DNA of 64,000 nt, from NCBI RefSeq assembly GCF_009914755.1, contig NC_060936.1. One strand, 5' to 3'. The stretch is from the human T2T-CHM13v2.0 reference genome, Homo sapiens. Position 1 is the stretch's first letter. Each line of letters starts with the position of its first letter. Positions 39,915 to 53,389 of this stretch are shown one piece after another. A program made the position numbers and the translations under genes. Under the pieces are notes generated by a model, which ran no database searches, was not told where the DNA came from, and saw only the letters and a list, made by a program, of their open reading frames with translations.

Positions 39915-40212
39915 GGACAGGCACAGTGGCTCATGCCTGTAATCCTGGCACTTTGGGAGTCCCAGGTGGAGGATCACTTGAGCCCCAGAGTTCTAGACCA
40001 GGCTGGACAACATGGTGAGACCCCGTCTGTACAGAAAATTTAAAAATTAGCTAGGCATGGTGCTATACACCTATAGTCCCAGCTACTTAGGAGGCTGACG
40101 CGGGATGATCACTTCAGCTCTGGAAGTAAAGGCTGCAGTGAGCCATGATTAAGCCACTGCACTCCAGCCTGGGTCTGGGTGACAAAGTAAGACGCTGTCT
40201 CAGAAAAAAAAA
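39915..40212 (+). mobile_element. AluJ
   Basis: GGAGGATCACTTGAGCCC and GGCTGCAGTGAGCCATGAT J diagnostics. Confidence 0.93.
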
Positions 40213-40580
40213 GGAGCTCTCAACTGAATGAGAAACAAACAACTCACTAAGAAATTAGTTAAGAAGAAATATTGCTAGCAAATCAACACATGGTGAAGTT
40301 TATTAGGCTTGATTGTGTGGTTTGATTGGGTCAATAACATGCATATGAAAAAAAAATTAAAGGAGAGCTCTTCCAAAATAAAGATTTCTCTTTTAGCCTT
40401 ATAGGTGAGAAATAACACGGAAGAGAGCTGCAGATACTTACTCAGATTCATCAACATGTAATAAGAATGAGAAATAAACTTAACTTTGTTACCCAGTGAG
40501 GTTTGGGGCATATTTGTTACTCTGTAAATATACCTATTATAAGGAATCTGTATTTTAATTTGACATTCATTTCCTCTAAT

Positions 40581-40778
40581 ATAGTGGCTGTCAACCAGGA
40601 ATGATTTTGTTCACCAGGGGACATTTACTAACACCTGGAAGTATTTTTGATTGCCACAACTGGAGACGTGTTACTCCCATCTAGTGTTAGAGGCCAGGGA
40701 CGCAGCTACAATGCCCGGAGCCATCTTTCACGGCAATAATTTGGCCCAAAATGTGAAAAGTGCTGAGGTTACACTGCT
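40581..40778. mobile_element. MER20 (hAT-Charlie)
   Basis: TGATTTTG..CCAGGGGACATTT...TTTTTGATTGCCACAACTGG...TAGAGGCCAGGGA...GGCCCAAAATGT.AA.AGTGCTGAGGTT. Confidence 0.88.
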
Positions 40779-40784
40779 TTAGTG

Positions 40785-41795
40785 TATCTTGTTTGTGGCC
40801 CATCCAGACAGACCTCCATTATTGGCTGATGCATCCATGCTCTAGTTGCCGTGAGCATTAGCTGATAATGATGCTTCTTAATGGCTCTCTTCTCCAGATA
40901 ATTGAATCTAAATAAATTGGAACCACCTTCTCCAGGAAGGCTACAAACCACATTATCCCATCCCACCTCAGATAATGTCCAATAACTGACTAATATATGA
41001 GTACAAATTGTGTTTCCTTTTTCCCATCTCAAGTGGGAAGGAACTCTGTGGGTGTTTATCTTTAGCTGACACTGAATTCTTAGATTTTTCTATTGTCCCA
41101 TTATGCCCCTTTGCTCTCCTTCCCTTGAGGATACTCCCACAATAAATCACTTCATCAAGAATATCTTCTTCAAGTTCTTCTTCTAAAGAATTTGATGTAG
41201 GACCATGTTGCATGGCCCTGGGAAGCAGATTCAACAAATGGAATTCTGGAGATGAATCACTTTCATGTCAGATGCTAATGAGGACTTCAACACTGGTAAT
41301 AGAGAACTAATAGTTGCTGCTATGCTTTTTATTGAGTTTGCTAAGAACTTCTTCTCTAGTGAACTGATGTAGGTTGAAGAGGACATGTACTAACACATGC
41401 ATTTTCTCTGGCATTTTAGAGTCTGGAGCAAATAGTATCTATAAGAACCATAGAATTATGTGGCTACTGTGAATTGGCATTGATTTAATGAAGTGAGGAA
41501 ATGATAGATCATGTTCTATTAATATACATCTAAAAGCAATGGGAGAGTCATAGGGCCTGCTTGGAAGCATTAAAAATGACCGTCATCTCTGGTAGTGAGA
41601 GGGAAAACAGACACAAATTTAGGCATGGGTCTTCACTGAAAGAGATGAAAACTTTGCAAAATTCTGAATTTCAATCTAGACAAATCTCCTACTTGAAAAT
41701 CAGGACCCTAACAATGTAGCAGTGGAACCATAAGGCTTGGGATGTAGGTATATGTGCAGCTGCATTTAAGAAAGTTAAATGTTCAGATTCCCTTG
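40785..41795 (+). mobile_element. Ancient ERVL LTR (LTR33/41-like) plus adjacent internal sequence
   Basis: LTR 3' motif CCCACAATAAATCACTTCATCAAGAAT then CCCTGGGAAGCAGATT...AATGAGGAC, resembling an ERVL/HERV16 leader. Confidence 0.55.
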
Positions 41796-41799
41796 TACC

Positions 41800-42130
41800 A
41801 AAAAGGAATATTATTTTCTAAACAGAATTTTTTCAGCCAAAAAGTACTTGTATAATAAAAAATAAAAGTTTTTAAGCTCCAAGTTTGTTAAATTGTTTAA
41901 AAACCCTATTTCAACTTCCATAGTAAAATTCAGTTTACTAATTACTTCAGTGACGTGGGTAATTTATGAGCTGGTTCATTAATTTGTTTATGAATTTATA
42001 ATGAATTGATTCAGTTTTGATATGAAAGAAATGAAGTTGCAGAGCTGAATATATGCATTTTCTTTAGAGAAAAATTATGAGTTATTGCAAATTTAAAATA
42101 TTTGAAAAGTCATTCAATTGATTAGAACAC
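41800..42130 (+). mobile_element. Possible hAT-Charlie transposase fragment
   Basis: Degenerate similarity around 41940-42020 to the hAT 'VRWLS.G..L..F.EL..E...FL' motif; weak. Confidence 0.3.
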
Positions 42131-42169
42131 ATAGATATAATGCAGTTAACAAATATTTTTAAATATAGT

Positions 42170-43058
42170 TAAAAACATCTCCCATTAATAACCTACAGGT
42201 CAGGTTTGGCAGGCTTCCAAAATAACCTGCCTGCAGGAGGTCTTAAGATTAATTCATGGCTTAAATCCTGTTCCTGAATAAATAATCTTATTGTGAATTC
42301 CTCAAACTGTTGATGTACTGATTAATAAATAACCTATTGACATTGAAAATGATTCTTATTTGTTTCTGGATTATGAAGTTTTACTGGTTTGTTTCTGAAT
42401 CATGAAGTTTTACTGAATGTCTTGCACATAGAACATTTCACTCTGTATGTTGTAAGCTGTAGCCAAGGATTCTAACCTCTGTATTGTACCCTTCAATAAA
42501 CAGGACAACTACATTCTAAGAAGTCCTCCTTCCTTCTTCTAAACTTTTCCATTGATAGGGTTTGGCTGTATCCCTACCCAAATCTCAAACTGTATCTCCC
42601 ATAATTCCCATGTATCATGGAGGGATCTAGTGGGAGGTAATTGAATCATGGGGGTGGGTCTTTCCCATGCTGTTCTTGTGACAGTGAATAAGTCTCATGA
42701 GATCTGCTGGTTTTATAAAGGGGAGTTGCCCTGTATATGCTCCCTCTCTTGCCTGCTGCTAAGTTAAGACATGACTTTGCTCCTCCTCACTTTCTGCCGT
42801 GAATGTGAGGCCTCCCCAACCACGTGAAACTGTGAGTCCATTAAACCTCTTTCTCTTAATAAATTACCCAGTCTCAGGTATGTCTTTATTAGCATCATGA
42901 GAACAGACTAATACATCTATAAAAGTCTTGCAACTCGTAGCAGACGCTGGAACACTCCAAACTTCGTTGGTGTTTTTTCCAGGTCAATCCTCACATTTGG
43001 CATCCAATAAACCTTTATCAAATTATTTCTGCCTCAACACCCTTAAGTTTCATCAACA
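42170..43058 (+). mobile_element. ERV1-class LTR split by THE1 (subfamily uncertain)
   Basis: Ends ATCCTCACATTTGGCATCCAATAAACCTTTATC...CAACA; internal ~29-bp tandem TTTGTTTCTG.AT.ATGAAGTTTTACTG. Confidence 0.6.
42553..42915 (+). mobile_element. THE1B/C solo LTR
   Basis: TGATAGGGTTTGGCTGT...GTCTTTATTAGCATCATGAGAACAGACTAATACA; 5-bp TSD TCCAT/TCTAT. Confidence 0.95.
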
Positions 43059-43061
43059 TTA

Positions 43062-45505
43062 CCTATATTAGTAATTTTTTGCTTCATAAAATATTAGCTC
43101 AGAATTTAGTTGTTAAAAACAGTAATTATTACCTCATTGTTTCTATATGTAAGGAATTAAGTGGAGCTTTAGCAGATTCTCTGCTTCAAAATCCACTCCC
43201 ATACTTTCATTGTCTGTTATGGCAGCTACCTACTCTACTATTAAAATGGCATCTGTCATATATTGCTGTGTAACAAATTAACTCAAATATCTTCTTCAGG
43301 GGTCAACTGGGGTTGTAAATATTCTAAGGCTGCACGGGGAAAGAATCTGCTTTCAAGTTCATTCAAGTAGTTGTTGGTAATGTTTAGTTCCTTGCTGGCT
43401 GATGGCCAGAGGCTTCCCTCACCTCTCATAATATGGCAGCTGGCTTCACTGAAGATCATGAGAGATACAAGAGAGACAGAGATTAGAGTAAGTTAAAACA
43501 AGACAGACACAATATTTTGTTTCCAAATCTTAGAGGTACCATCTCATTTCTTTTGCCATATTATGGCATGACTACCGAGAGGAACAAATATTGGGTGGAA
43601 GTTCAGAATCTGCCTACCAGTTTTCCTCTGATAACTAATAATTTATGCCCCTTCCACATGAAAAAGCCATTCAGTTCCTCTAAAACCTCTACAAAATTAT
43701 CATCCCATCACATTATGTCAATGTCTACCATCTCATCATCTAATCCAGATGTGGATAAATTTCCTATGGCAGAATTTGTATAATTTGTTTAAATCTGTGA
43801 AAATGAAGAAACAAAGAGACAAGTTATTTGACCCTCAGATCTCACCCCCACTTAATCCACAATGGTTAAATATATATAATTGCTATAAACACTCTTCTGT
43901 TCAAAATTGGAGAAAAATGGAAGGTAAAGAGAACTCATTGGTCTTCTAAAGCAATTGTGAAATCCATCTGAACAAATGTTGAAAATTTGACTAGGTTGTA
44001 AGGCCTCTGGATAATTCACCATGGTTCTTGGCTCTGCCCTCTGGGCTCTTCTAACTGCCCTCCTAGTAATTTCTTCTTTTTCATGCATGAGTGTGTAGCT
44101 CACTAGTTGCTGACTCAGCTCCATGCCAGGAGAAAGTTGGTGGTGCATAAGCCTTTTTAATTCTGTAATCAGCTTTCTCCCTTTCAGTCCAAGCTGACTG
44201 TGTTTCAGCAGATTCAGTTTTCTCCAAAACTTTATGGCCTTCTGAAATATCAGTTGGGTTTATTCCATTAAATAAAATCTATACCGACAAATATTTTCTA
44301 GGTAATGTCTTCTTCACTTTGAGATTCTGCTGAGATGACTAAGAAATGAAGCTGTTGGGATTTTTACCTTCTGTTTGATTCAAAGTATCTGTGAGGCACA
44401 CTTTTAACCTTTTTAAAGAGCTCTTTGTATGACTGTGATCTTCATATCTTTTTGAATGAAAGGTTTTGTAGTCACAATTTTGGATTATCTAAACCACATT
44501 GTCAGGGTGGCTCAAAAGCCATTTCTTAATTTTAGCATCTTTTCTTTCCTGGAGAAGACAAATTTCAAATCATCAAGCTCTGACTCTTCTTCGTTTAAAA
44601 GTTATTTGCTACTTTACTTTTTTTTACTTACATTATGAAACACTTTAAACTCTGCTTTGGATCTCCTTTGCTACATCATCAAGTTTTTTAGGCAATGTTT
44701 TGATTTCCACATAACTGCAGACAGTGTTGCAGATGTTTTTTTTCTGCAGCCACATAACAAAGATACCCTTTACTTCAGTTTTCAACAACATGTTTTTTAC
44801 TCCATTTAGAACCCTTACTGTCAGAGTTTGCAAAGCCCAGATTTCTTTTAACAGTCTGTCCACAGCAAGTTAGTGATTCTCTAACATGCTCTTCAAAATC
44901 TTTCAAGCCTTTGCCCACTGCTCAGTTCTAGGCATGTTTTAGTGTTTGTTATGGCACCACCCTCCTTTCAGTATCAAAATGACATTTGCTATCTATTGTT
45001 GTGGAACAAATTACACCTAAACCTAGCAGTATTAACCCAAACATGTATTACCTCACAGTTTTTCTAGGTCAGGAATTCAGGTAAAGCTTAACTGGGTCTT
45101 CTGATTCAAGGTGTCTAAAGACTGTAATTGTGAAATCAGCCAGGGCTTTGGTCATCTCAAGGTTCAACTACTACTAAATAATCCATTTTAAAGCTCATTC
45201 AAATGGTTGTTGACAGGATTCAATTCTTCACAAGCTGCTTGTTTGAGGCCACCTTCAGCTACTGGCATGTGGGCTTTTTAATATGCAGCTCACTGTAAAG
45301 TAGATGATCTGATAGATCAAGGAAGAGTGAAAAGAGTGTGAGCAAAACTAAAGTCACAGTCTTCTGGGAGTTTATGTTAGAAGTGGCATCCCATCTCTTT
45401 TATTGTATTTTATTTGTTAGAAGCAAATGAATAGGTCCAGGCCATGCAAGGTGTCATATAAGGCCATGAAATAAGGATCACTGGGAACCATTTCAGGAGC
45501 TACCA
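43062..45505 (-). mobile_element. Old MLT1 (F/G/H-like) provirus: LTR, internal, LTR
   Basis: Two related LTR-like blocks (~43062-43620 and ~44980-45505, both ending ..CTACCA) around MaLR-int motifs (CTTCAGTTTTCAACAACATG, TTCAAGCCTTTGCCCACTGCTCAGTTC). Confidence 0.7.
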
Positions 45506-46668
45506 AATACAATACCATGAAAACTTTGTCTGTAAATTGTTTAGAGAAAGCAGTCATTTTTATATTATCCCATGGAGTTATAGAGAGATATGATAAATAC
45601 TTGTTCAAAGGAAGCCATCTATAATCATGAAACTAAAAACTCATTAATGTGCTTATTGTTTGATTATCTTTCTAGTGATGAAAAAAAGCAGACAACATGA
45701 GATTGATGAGTAGAACTTAGCTTCCAAATGTATTGCGATTTTGAATGAAAGACAGAGGACATTTAGAAGGTATACAGATCCACGGTTATTTGATTTAATG
45801 AAATACCAAAGCAAATTTTACTCTCACCACTCAACTTTTTACTTTCCATTCCCCCAAAAGACAGAGCTTCAATTCCTGTTAAGATGAAAGATAAAGCCAT
45901 CAATCAAGTAATCCCAGGCCTTTCCTTATTTGGAAAAACTGTTTTAACCATTTTGCTTCTTTACCATTGTTTGAGTGCTAGTATATGTGAAATAGTTTAA
46001 TAGATACATAAAAATGATAAAATGAAATGTTCTGAAGTATTTTTATTTGTATTAAGTCTAAACACATACACTGAAAGGATACACAATAACTTTTGAAATT
46101 CTGGATATTTATCCAGAGAAGGGAAAGAGGGAAATAAAAGGTATAAGGAATGTATATTTTATGTTTCTGCACAAGTAGGGACCTCTGAGAAAATATTACT
46201 GAAATTTGATGCCTGGACAAAAAGATAAGCTTTAGATGTTAATTATGACTGAATAGGCAGTGAAAACTCCAGAGAGAGGTTATGTGTTACATTTCAAGGG
46301 AGGAAGAGCACTGGATCCATCAAGTCTTTCTTTAGTTTTAACTTTGGAGATGCTGGTTTTATTTTTCCCCTGAAGAGATTTATTTACTTTCCTAAATGAG
46401 AGATCTCATGATTCTTCTCATTACATTTTCAAGGGTACTCTTTCCGATGGTAAGAGTGACAGCTGCCTTTCTGTCCTCTGTATTATGAAGATTCATTTTT
46501 TTGAGATTTCCTTGACTACAGCAGACCACCTTACTATAGGAAGACATCTGTTTCTCATTGTGTCACCCCAAGGGTAAGAAGAGGGGCAAAAGGAAATCAG
46601 TGCAATTACTCACTATAAGTAAATGACAATCTCTTTTGCTTCAGAGACTTTATGTTTGAATTTAGAAT

Positions 46669-47030
46669 TGATATGGTTTGGCTCTGTGTCCCCACCTAAA
46701 TCTCATCTTGAATTATAATCCCCACGTGTTAAGGGAGGGACCTGGTGGGAGGTGACTGGGTCATCGGGGCAGTTTCCCCCATGTTATTCTCCTAATGGTG
46801 AGTGAGTTCTCACGAGATCTGATGATTTTATGCGTCAATTCCCCCTGCATTCTCTCTCTCAGCTGCTGCCATGTAAGACGTGCCTTGCTTCCCCTTTATC
46901 TTCTACCATGATTATAAGTTTCCAAAGGCCTCTGCGGCCATGTGGAACTGTGAGTCAATTAAACCTCTTTTCTTCATAAATTATTCATTCTCAGGTATTC
47001 TTTACAGCAGTATGAAAATTAACTAATACA
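46669..47030 (+). mobile_element. THE1D/MSTA solo LTR
   Basis: TGATATGGTTTGGCTCTGTGTCCCCACC...ACTAATACA; TSD AGAAT/AGGAT. Confidence 0.95.
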
Positions 47031-48537
47031 AGGATAATATTAATAAATATAAATATATGAATATGCTCAGACAGAGGCATTTCAACTGTATCTGTGTTAA
47101 TTTTTATTTTTACAAAATGAAGCCTGAAATAGATATAACAAAATATTAATATGTTTAAAATCCATTGGGTATATAGTGATTGCTACATAGTCTCATGATT
47201 TTAAAATTAGCATATAAAAAATAATTTTGGCCAACATTTGGGTAGTGTCCACAGGGGAAAAAAGGTATATTAAAGAAAGTTTTGACCTTCACACATATTA
47301 TTTCACAGTGGATATATCAAGGCAGTAATTTTAGTCCAAAGTATATAAGAGAATTGTCTGCTTTTCAAGGGAACAAGATGAACTGCTCTGTACTTACAAT
47401 CTTCTGGGAAATAATTCACGTAGCATTTAATATTCTGATTTGAGGACAGCTTTCTTGAAAGACTATAATTTTAATTAATAAATGCTTTTTATAAAATGAT
47501 TACTCTTTTCTAAACAAGTCTGATTTTTTAAAAAAAACCTATTCTTATAATTAATTTTAAAAGTTTCAAATAGATGACTTTGGCTGTAAGGATAATATTG
47601 TCTTATAAAACTGGAAGAGAGGTCAAGCAAGTGGGCACTCAGGCAATTTATATGTCACATAATGCTCATGAAATTAAAAAATCTTTATTAAATAACTATA
47701 AGTGATCATGGGCTTCCATTTGCAGCAGATGACAGTGCTGATTTCCAAATGGGAACTTCCCAAGATTGGGAGAACTGCCCTTGAATAGTTTAATTACTAA
47801 TCGTGTAGTCATACTCTATCTATTAATTACATGAACTGCTCCCGAATCGTATCACCAGTCATTATTTTTAATTTTAATATGATTGGAGAGTTACCTATGG
47901 GGATCTATTAAAGGAAAAGAAAAATTTAATCACATAGCTCAGTGATTCTTAAGTCAATGGTCAGCATACCCAGTGAATCCTTAACTAACATATTCAGTCA
48001 GAAATGATAGAATATGAAAGTTTATTTGAATCACCAGGAAGAAATCAAGATACATATAGTACAGTAGTCACAGTGTGTGGCTAAGTGATGTAACTGGGGA
48101 CTTGGAATCTTTTTATATATTTATTCTACTTCAGTGTGCTAGCATTTATTCACATGTTTAACATCTGATGGTCTCCTGGTGGCCTTTTCCTTTGCTGCTT
48201 TAGGTCTCGAATTTGTATTACAGGTAGAAAGAGAATTGAAAGGGGAGGCAAGTGAATATTAAACCAAGATTGAAGGGTAAAACTTTCTAAATATCCTGTT
48301 TAACTTCATTAGTCATAAACATGTCATCTGATTTCCCTGGCTGTAAGAGAATCTGAGAAAGATAATATTTTTGGCTGAGAATATTGCTGCATCGTGCAAA
48401 TTTGGGGTTCTGTTATTAAGGAAGAGGAGGAAATTAATATTGGATAAGCAATACAAAATAAAATAATTATCTTCTCTGAGTCATGGTAAATTTGGATTAT
48501 AGGAAATCAATCTCATTTGAAAAGTTACAAAAATCTT

Positions 48538-50232
48538 TGGAAGGAAGGCCTTGAGAGTGGACTCAGGGAAGACACAGGTGCTGAGCTGAAGCAGGAGAAA
48601 GCCGGGAACCCCGCATGGGGTTACCCTGTACCAGGACTTGTTCCTGGCCCCCAGTGACTCCACAGGAAGGGGTGGGTTGAGTAGGCATGGAGGGTCACAA
48701 TCTCATCACAGACATCTAGAATTCTTGCAGGAGGAGACCCCACAACTCCTAGGGACACTTGAGCTGGCAGGGAAAGCAGCTTAGAGAGATGGTAGGAGCA
48801 GAACTCTAGCTGGTGCAGAGCCCAGCGTGTTTGGTGTGGGAACATCTGCAGGGGAGCACAACCAGGGATGCCCATTCCCCAAGGCTGGCCTTGTTCCCCT
48901 AGGAGACTTTAGCCTTAGAGGAACTGTCAGAACTAAACAGAGTAGAATGATCTTGCCCATCAGACAGGGCCAGTCCTACCTCCTGAGTTCACGCTCCCTG
49001 TGTTGGCCTCACTTGGGGCCCCAGCCTGGTCATGCCTGCTTGCACAGCAGCCTGGGATGACCAGGTGGAGTGCTTCTCAGGGACCCTCATCATAGCTTCT
49101 GTGCTGGCAGATCATGCCTGACCCTTATAGAGCTCCAATAAAGTGGTCCCCGCTGACACGCACCAGCCTACCTACACCATTCTCCTATCGCAGCCTCCCC
49201 TGTGTCACTTTGCCAGCACACACTCACCAATGGCCAAACCCCACATAGCTTTGCAGGCATGCATGCATGCAGGCAGACCTCACCTTCTCTTTCCTTCTAG
49301 CGCACGTATACATGTGCACCCCACAGTGCCACTGCTGCCGACATAAGCACACCCTGCCCACCCCTGCCACACTTCTGTTGCCAGCATGAACACACTGAGT
49401 ACAGCAGCCCCGTCCCCCGCCGTGGGCCACTATTGCTGCTGGTGTGAACAGAGGCTGCTGGCCCGGTGCTTGCTGGCACCCCGCTCCCACACTGATGCTG
49501 CCGCTGCCCCCCAAAAGCGAGTATGGATGCCAGCAGCCTTGCCTCCCCAGCACTGTGTCGCCACCACTGCAAATGCCCGCACGGAGGCCGGCACACTTGG
49601 ACTTGCTCAGTGACCCGCCTCAGCCAACAAATGTGCACCCAGCAGTGCTGCCACTGCTGCTGGGACTTGTAAACAACCACGGGTCCTGCTGTCATGGCCC
49701 AACAAAGCATTTTGGCTGGCACCACCAGCCAAAATGTGTTATGATCAATGGTCCCGGAACACATACCCCTTCCAGTGCAGTAGGTTCCCAATCTGGAGGG
49801 ACCAGAGAAAAAAGCTGGGGGCTTGACACCAGCTGCCAGAGATAGAGCACACAGCCCAAGAGTACTGAGCTAAGCCTTGGCCCCCAAAAATCTTCCAGAA
49901 ACGCAACCAATTGACTGAACCCACCATATAAAACAAACAAACCCCCAAGAACATCAAAGATAAAAGAAAAATAAAATACACCCAAAGGACAGCAATTTCA
50001 AAGATTGAAGGATCATGAGCCAGAGAGAGAGGGAGAGAGACAGAGAGACAGAGAGAGAGAGAGAGAGAATCAGAGAAAGAACTCTGGCTACACAAAAAGC
50101 CAAACTGGCTTCTTACCTCCAAACCACCATGCTAGTTCCCAGTGTGGTTCTTAGCCAGGCTGAAATGGCTGAGATGACAGAAATAGAATTCAGAACATGA
50201 ATAGAACAAAGATCATCGAGATTTAGGAAAAA
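48538..50232 (+). mobile_element. L1PA15-16/L1PREC2-like GC-rich 5'UTR and ORF1 start, with (GA)n at 50021-50068
   Basis: GC-rich L1P 5'UTR; CCAGGCTGAAATGGCTGAGATGACAGAAATAGAATTCAGAA (QAEMAEMTEIEFR). Confidence 0.85.
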
Positions 50233-51187
50233 TTCTTCCTTACCCAACTTTCCACTCTGTGTCCTTTAATTGGGACATTTAGCCCATTTATATTCAAGGT
50301 TAGTATTGACAGGTGTAGATTTGATCCTGTCATCATTTAGTTAGCTTGTTATTATGCACACTTGTTTGTGTGGTTGCTTTATAGTGTCACTGACCCATGC
50401 ACTTAAGTGTGTTTTTGTAGTGGCGGGCAATGGTCTTTCATTTCCATATTTAGCACTCTCTTTAGGACCTCTTGTAAGGCAGGTCTAGTGGTAATGAATT
50501 CCCTTAGCATTTATTTGTAAAGAATTTTATTTCTCCTTCTCTTAGGATATGAAATTCTTGGGTGGAAATTCTTTTTTTTAACAATACTAAATATAGGTCC
50601 TCTACCTCTTCTGGCTTGTAAGGATTCTGCTGAAAGTTATGCTATTAGCCTGATGGGATTCCCTTTGTTGGTGATCTGCCCCTTCCCTCTAGTTGACATA
50701 ACATTGTCTCATTCATTTTGATGTTGGAGAATCTGATGATTATGTATCTTGAAAATGGTTTCCTGTATAGCATTTCATAAGGATTCTCTGCATTTCCTGA
50801 ATTTGAATGTTGGTCTCTGTAGTGAGGTTAGGGAAATTTTCCTAGATGATATCCTGAAATATGCTTTTCAAGTTCCTTGCATTCTCTTCCTCTCTTTGAA
50901 GGACACCCATGAGTTGTAGATTTGGTCTCTGTACATAATCACTTATTTCTTAGAGGTTTTGTTCATTCTTCCTTATTGTTTTTTCTTTGTTTTTGTCTGA
51001 CTCAGTTATTTCAGAGAGCTGGTGAGATTATTTCCTCAGCTTCATCAATTCTGTTGTTAATACTTGCAATTGTATTCTGAAATTTTTGAAGTGAGTTTTT
51101 CAGCTTTATCAGTTTAGTTTGGTTCTTCCTTAAAATGTCTATTTTGTCTTTCATCTCCTGTATCATTTTACTGTATTCTTTAGAATT
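50233..51187 (-). mobile_element. Inverted continuation of the same L1 (rest of ORF1 to ORF2 start)
   Basis: Antisense ATGATGACAGGATCAAATCTACAC (ORF2 start) near 50320-50337; antisense ORF1 to 51187. Confidence 0.88.
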
Positions 51188-51840
51188 AGTATTTTATGTG
51201 CTAAATAATTATAAACACAAACTGTGTACATATACAATGGGAATTATCACCCCTAACACACGTAAGAAAACTGACAAAAAATTTGCTCATGGTGACTTAG
51301 CTACTAAATAAGGAATTAAAGAATTAAAACTAGGTATTGAATCTCCTACCCTTAGTGTTCACATTTTTACAATGGAGAAATTAATAGTGTACAATTTATA
51401 CTGACATGGAAAGGATTAAAATAAAGGCATACATGAAAAGATCTTAAAATGGTAAATTCTCAATAAACTTCAGCTATTATTCTGCTCAGTCACCTTGCTA
51501 TATTTTTTTGCCTTTTTTTTATTGTTCTCAAAAACATTGATGTGCCTAGATTAGCTTTGTCACATATATTTAACTCTACACTTGACCATTTGAAAACATT
51601 CTGGCTTTTCATAAGTATATTTTAAAATATATTTATTAAAACTTTAAGATCATTCAGATAAGCACACAAAGGAGAACTACAAAATTTCATTCTGCTGTAG
51701 ATAAATTAAAAATAAAATATATACTTTCTCTCTCTTTCTTTTTTTTTATGCTAAAGTACAAAAAGGAAGAAAGCTATTCTTTTAACAGGTCTTTAATAAT
51801 ACACATCTGTCTTATTACATTTCCACAATAACCAGTAAAA

Positions 51841-52448
51841 TGAATAGGCCACAAATTGATACTCCAAAATATGATGCTTTGACACATTGAACTGAAGAAG
51901 CCTTAGGTCTCTATGACATCGCCCTCACTACCCCTCTCCAGTGCTCAGTCCTCTGTCTCTCCCAAAGCATAGGATGAAATTGTTCTCTGAAGTTCCCTTA
52001 TCTACCTAAAGTCTAGACCTACCAAAGAAGAAACAATTACTTCTGGTTCCTTCCTTGAGTTTTCATTAACTGAATTCCTATCACAGAAAGAACAACTTGA
52101 AATCTGTAAACACACCTGGGAAGTCTTGTCACAAACCATTGTTTGCTGCTGGCCCAACACACTTTGCCCCAGACCATTCTATATTCTTCAAGCTGATTTA
52201 ATTCCCATAATAATCATTTACTATCCCTACAAAATCATCCTCACTTTCCCATCTTCCTTTCTCCTAAGAGAATAGTATATAATCTTGTGTGACCCATCAC
52301 ATGGTGAGGTAATCACTGTGATTCCTCACCCCACACTGTGCACACTAATAAATGTGTATGCCATTTCTCCTATTAATCTGCCTTTTGTCAGTTGATTTTT
52401 CAGTGAACCACCTGAGAATGAAGAGAAAGTTTTCCTTTCGCCCCCACA
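51841..52448 (+). mobile_element. MER39B-like ERV1 solo LTR
   Basis: GATACTCCAAAATATGATGCTTTG...AATAAATGTGTATGCCATTTCTCCTATTAATCTGCCTTTTGTCAGTTGATTTTTCAGTGAACC...CCCCCACA. Confidence 0.85.
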
Positions 52449-53389
52449 TTAAATATTTACAATAATCAATAAAATAAATAGGTCAGTTGATTCCATTTTT
52501 ATTTTTTAGAAAACAATTAAAATTCTACATGACTAAATAATTGCCTAATTCAGAAGCCTTATAAACTGACAAAGGAGAAACCAGAAACCAGTCTACTGAC
52601 ACTAAATTCTAAATTCAGTGCTTTAAATATAGCTTGTAGTAAAAATTTAATGATATCTCAACTGTGTCTTCCTGTTGATTCAGAAATTATATATGAAAAT
52701 GAACACTCATTCAAATGTATAAAAATAAGAATATATTCTCTTTTTCTTTGAGTAGTTTTTGAATATTCTAATTGTTCATTTGAATACAAAGTACCTTTTG
52801 TACAAAAAAGACTTCATTTTTAACTTTTATGTGTTGAAAACAGACAAACACAGGTCAATAAAAGGTTAGTCAAAGATTTCAAACTCTTAGTTCAAATATT
52901 GTTTCTTCAATTGATTTGCTTAATTGCTTCAGGGAAATAGTCTAACATATTTGTATCTGTTTACTCATTTGTAAAATGGGAAGTAAACTGTTTATTTTCT
53001 TACTTCACATGGACATTATATGAAATAATTAGTCAACTGTAATTAGCAGGTAAATAAATGTTCAGATTTGCTAGTTACTTCTATAAATTAGATAAGTGAC
53101 TGATGAAGCTTACTAACATTTACTTAAAAAATAGTATTGACAGAAAAAAATTAAAGGTTTATTGTAAGTTATTTTAGTACATTTAAACTATATTTACCAA
53201 AATAAATAAATACCAAGTTTCATTTGCTCTTAAGAAAGAATTTTCTTTGGTATTTCTAGTGAGCTTTATAAAGATCATAACAAAAAATTATTAGAACTTT
53301 TTATTACAAACACTTATATGTAATCGTGGAATATTAACTTACAAATATACCTTACAATCTAGAATTCTATCATCTTCTTATGTTTAACT

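Noticed and set aside
48621-50122. GC-rich block with many ORFs, resembling a promoter or first exon
   Set aside because: Old L1 5'UTR running directly into ORF1; CpG-depleted
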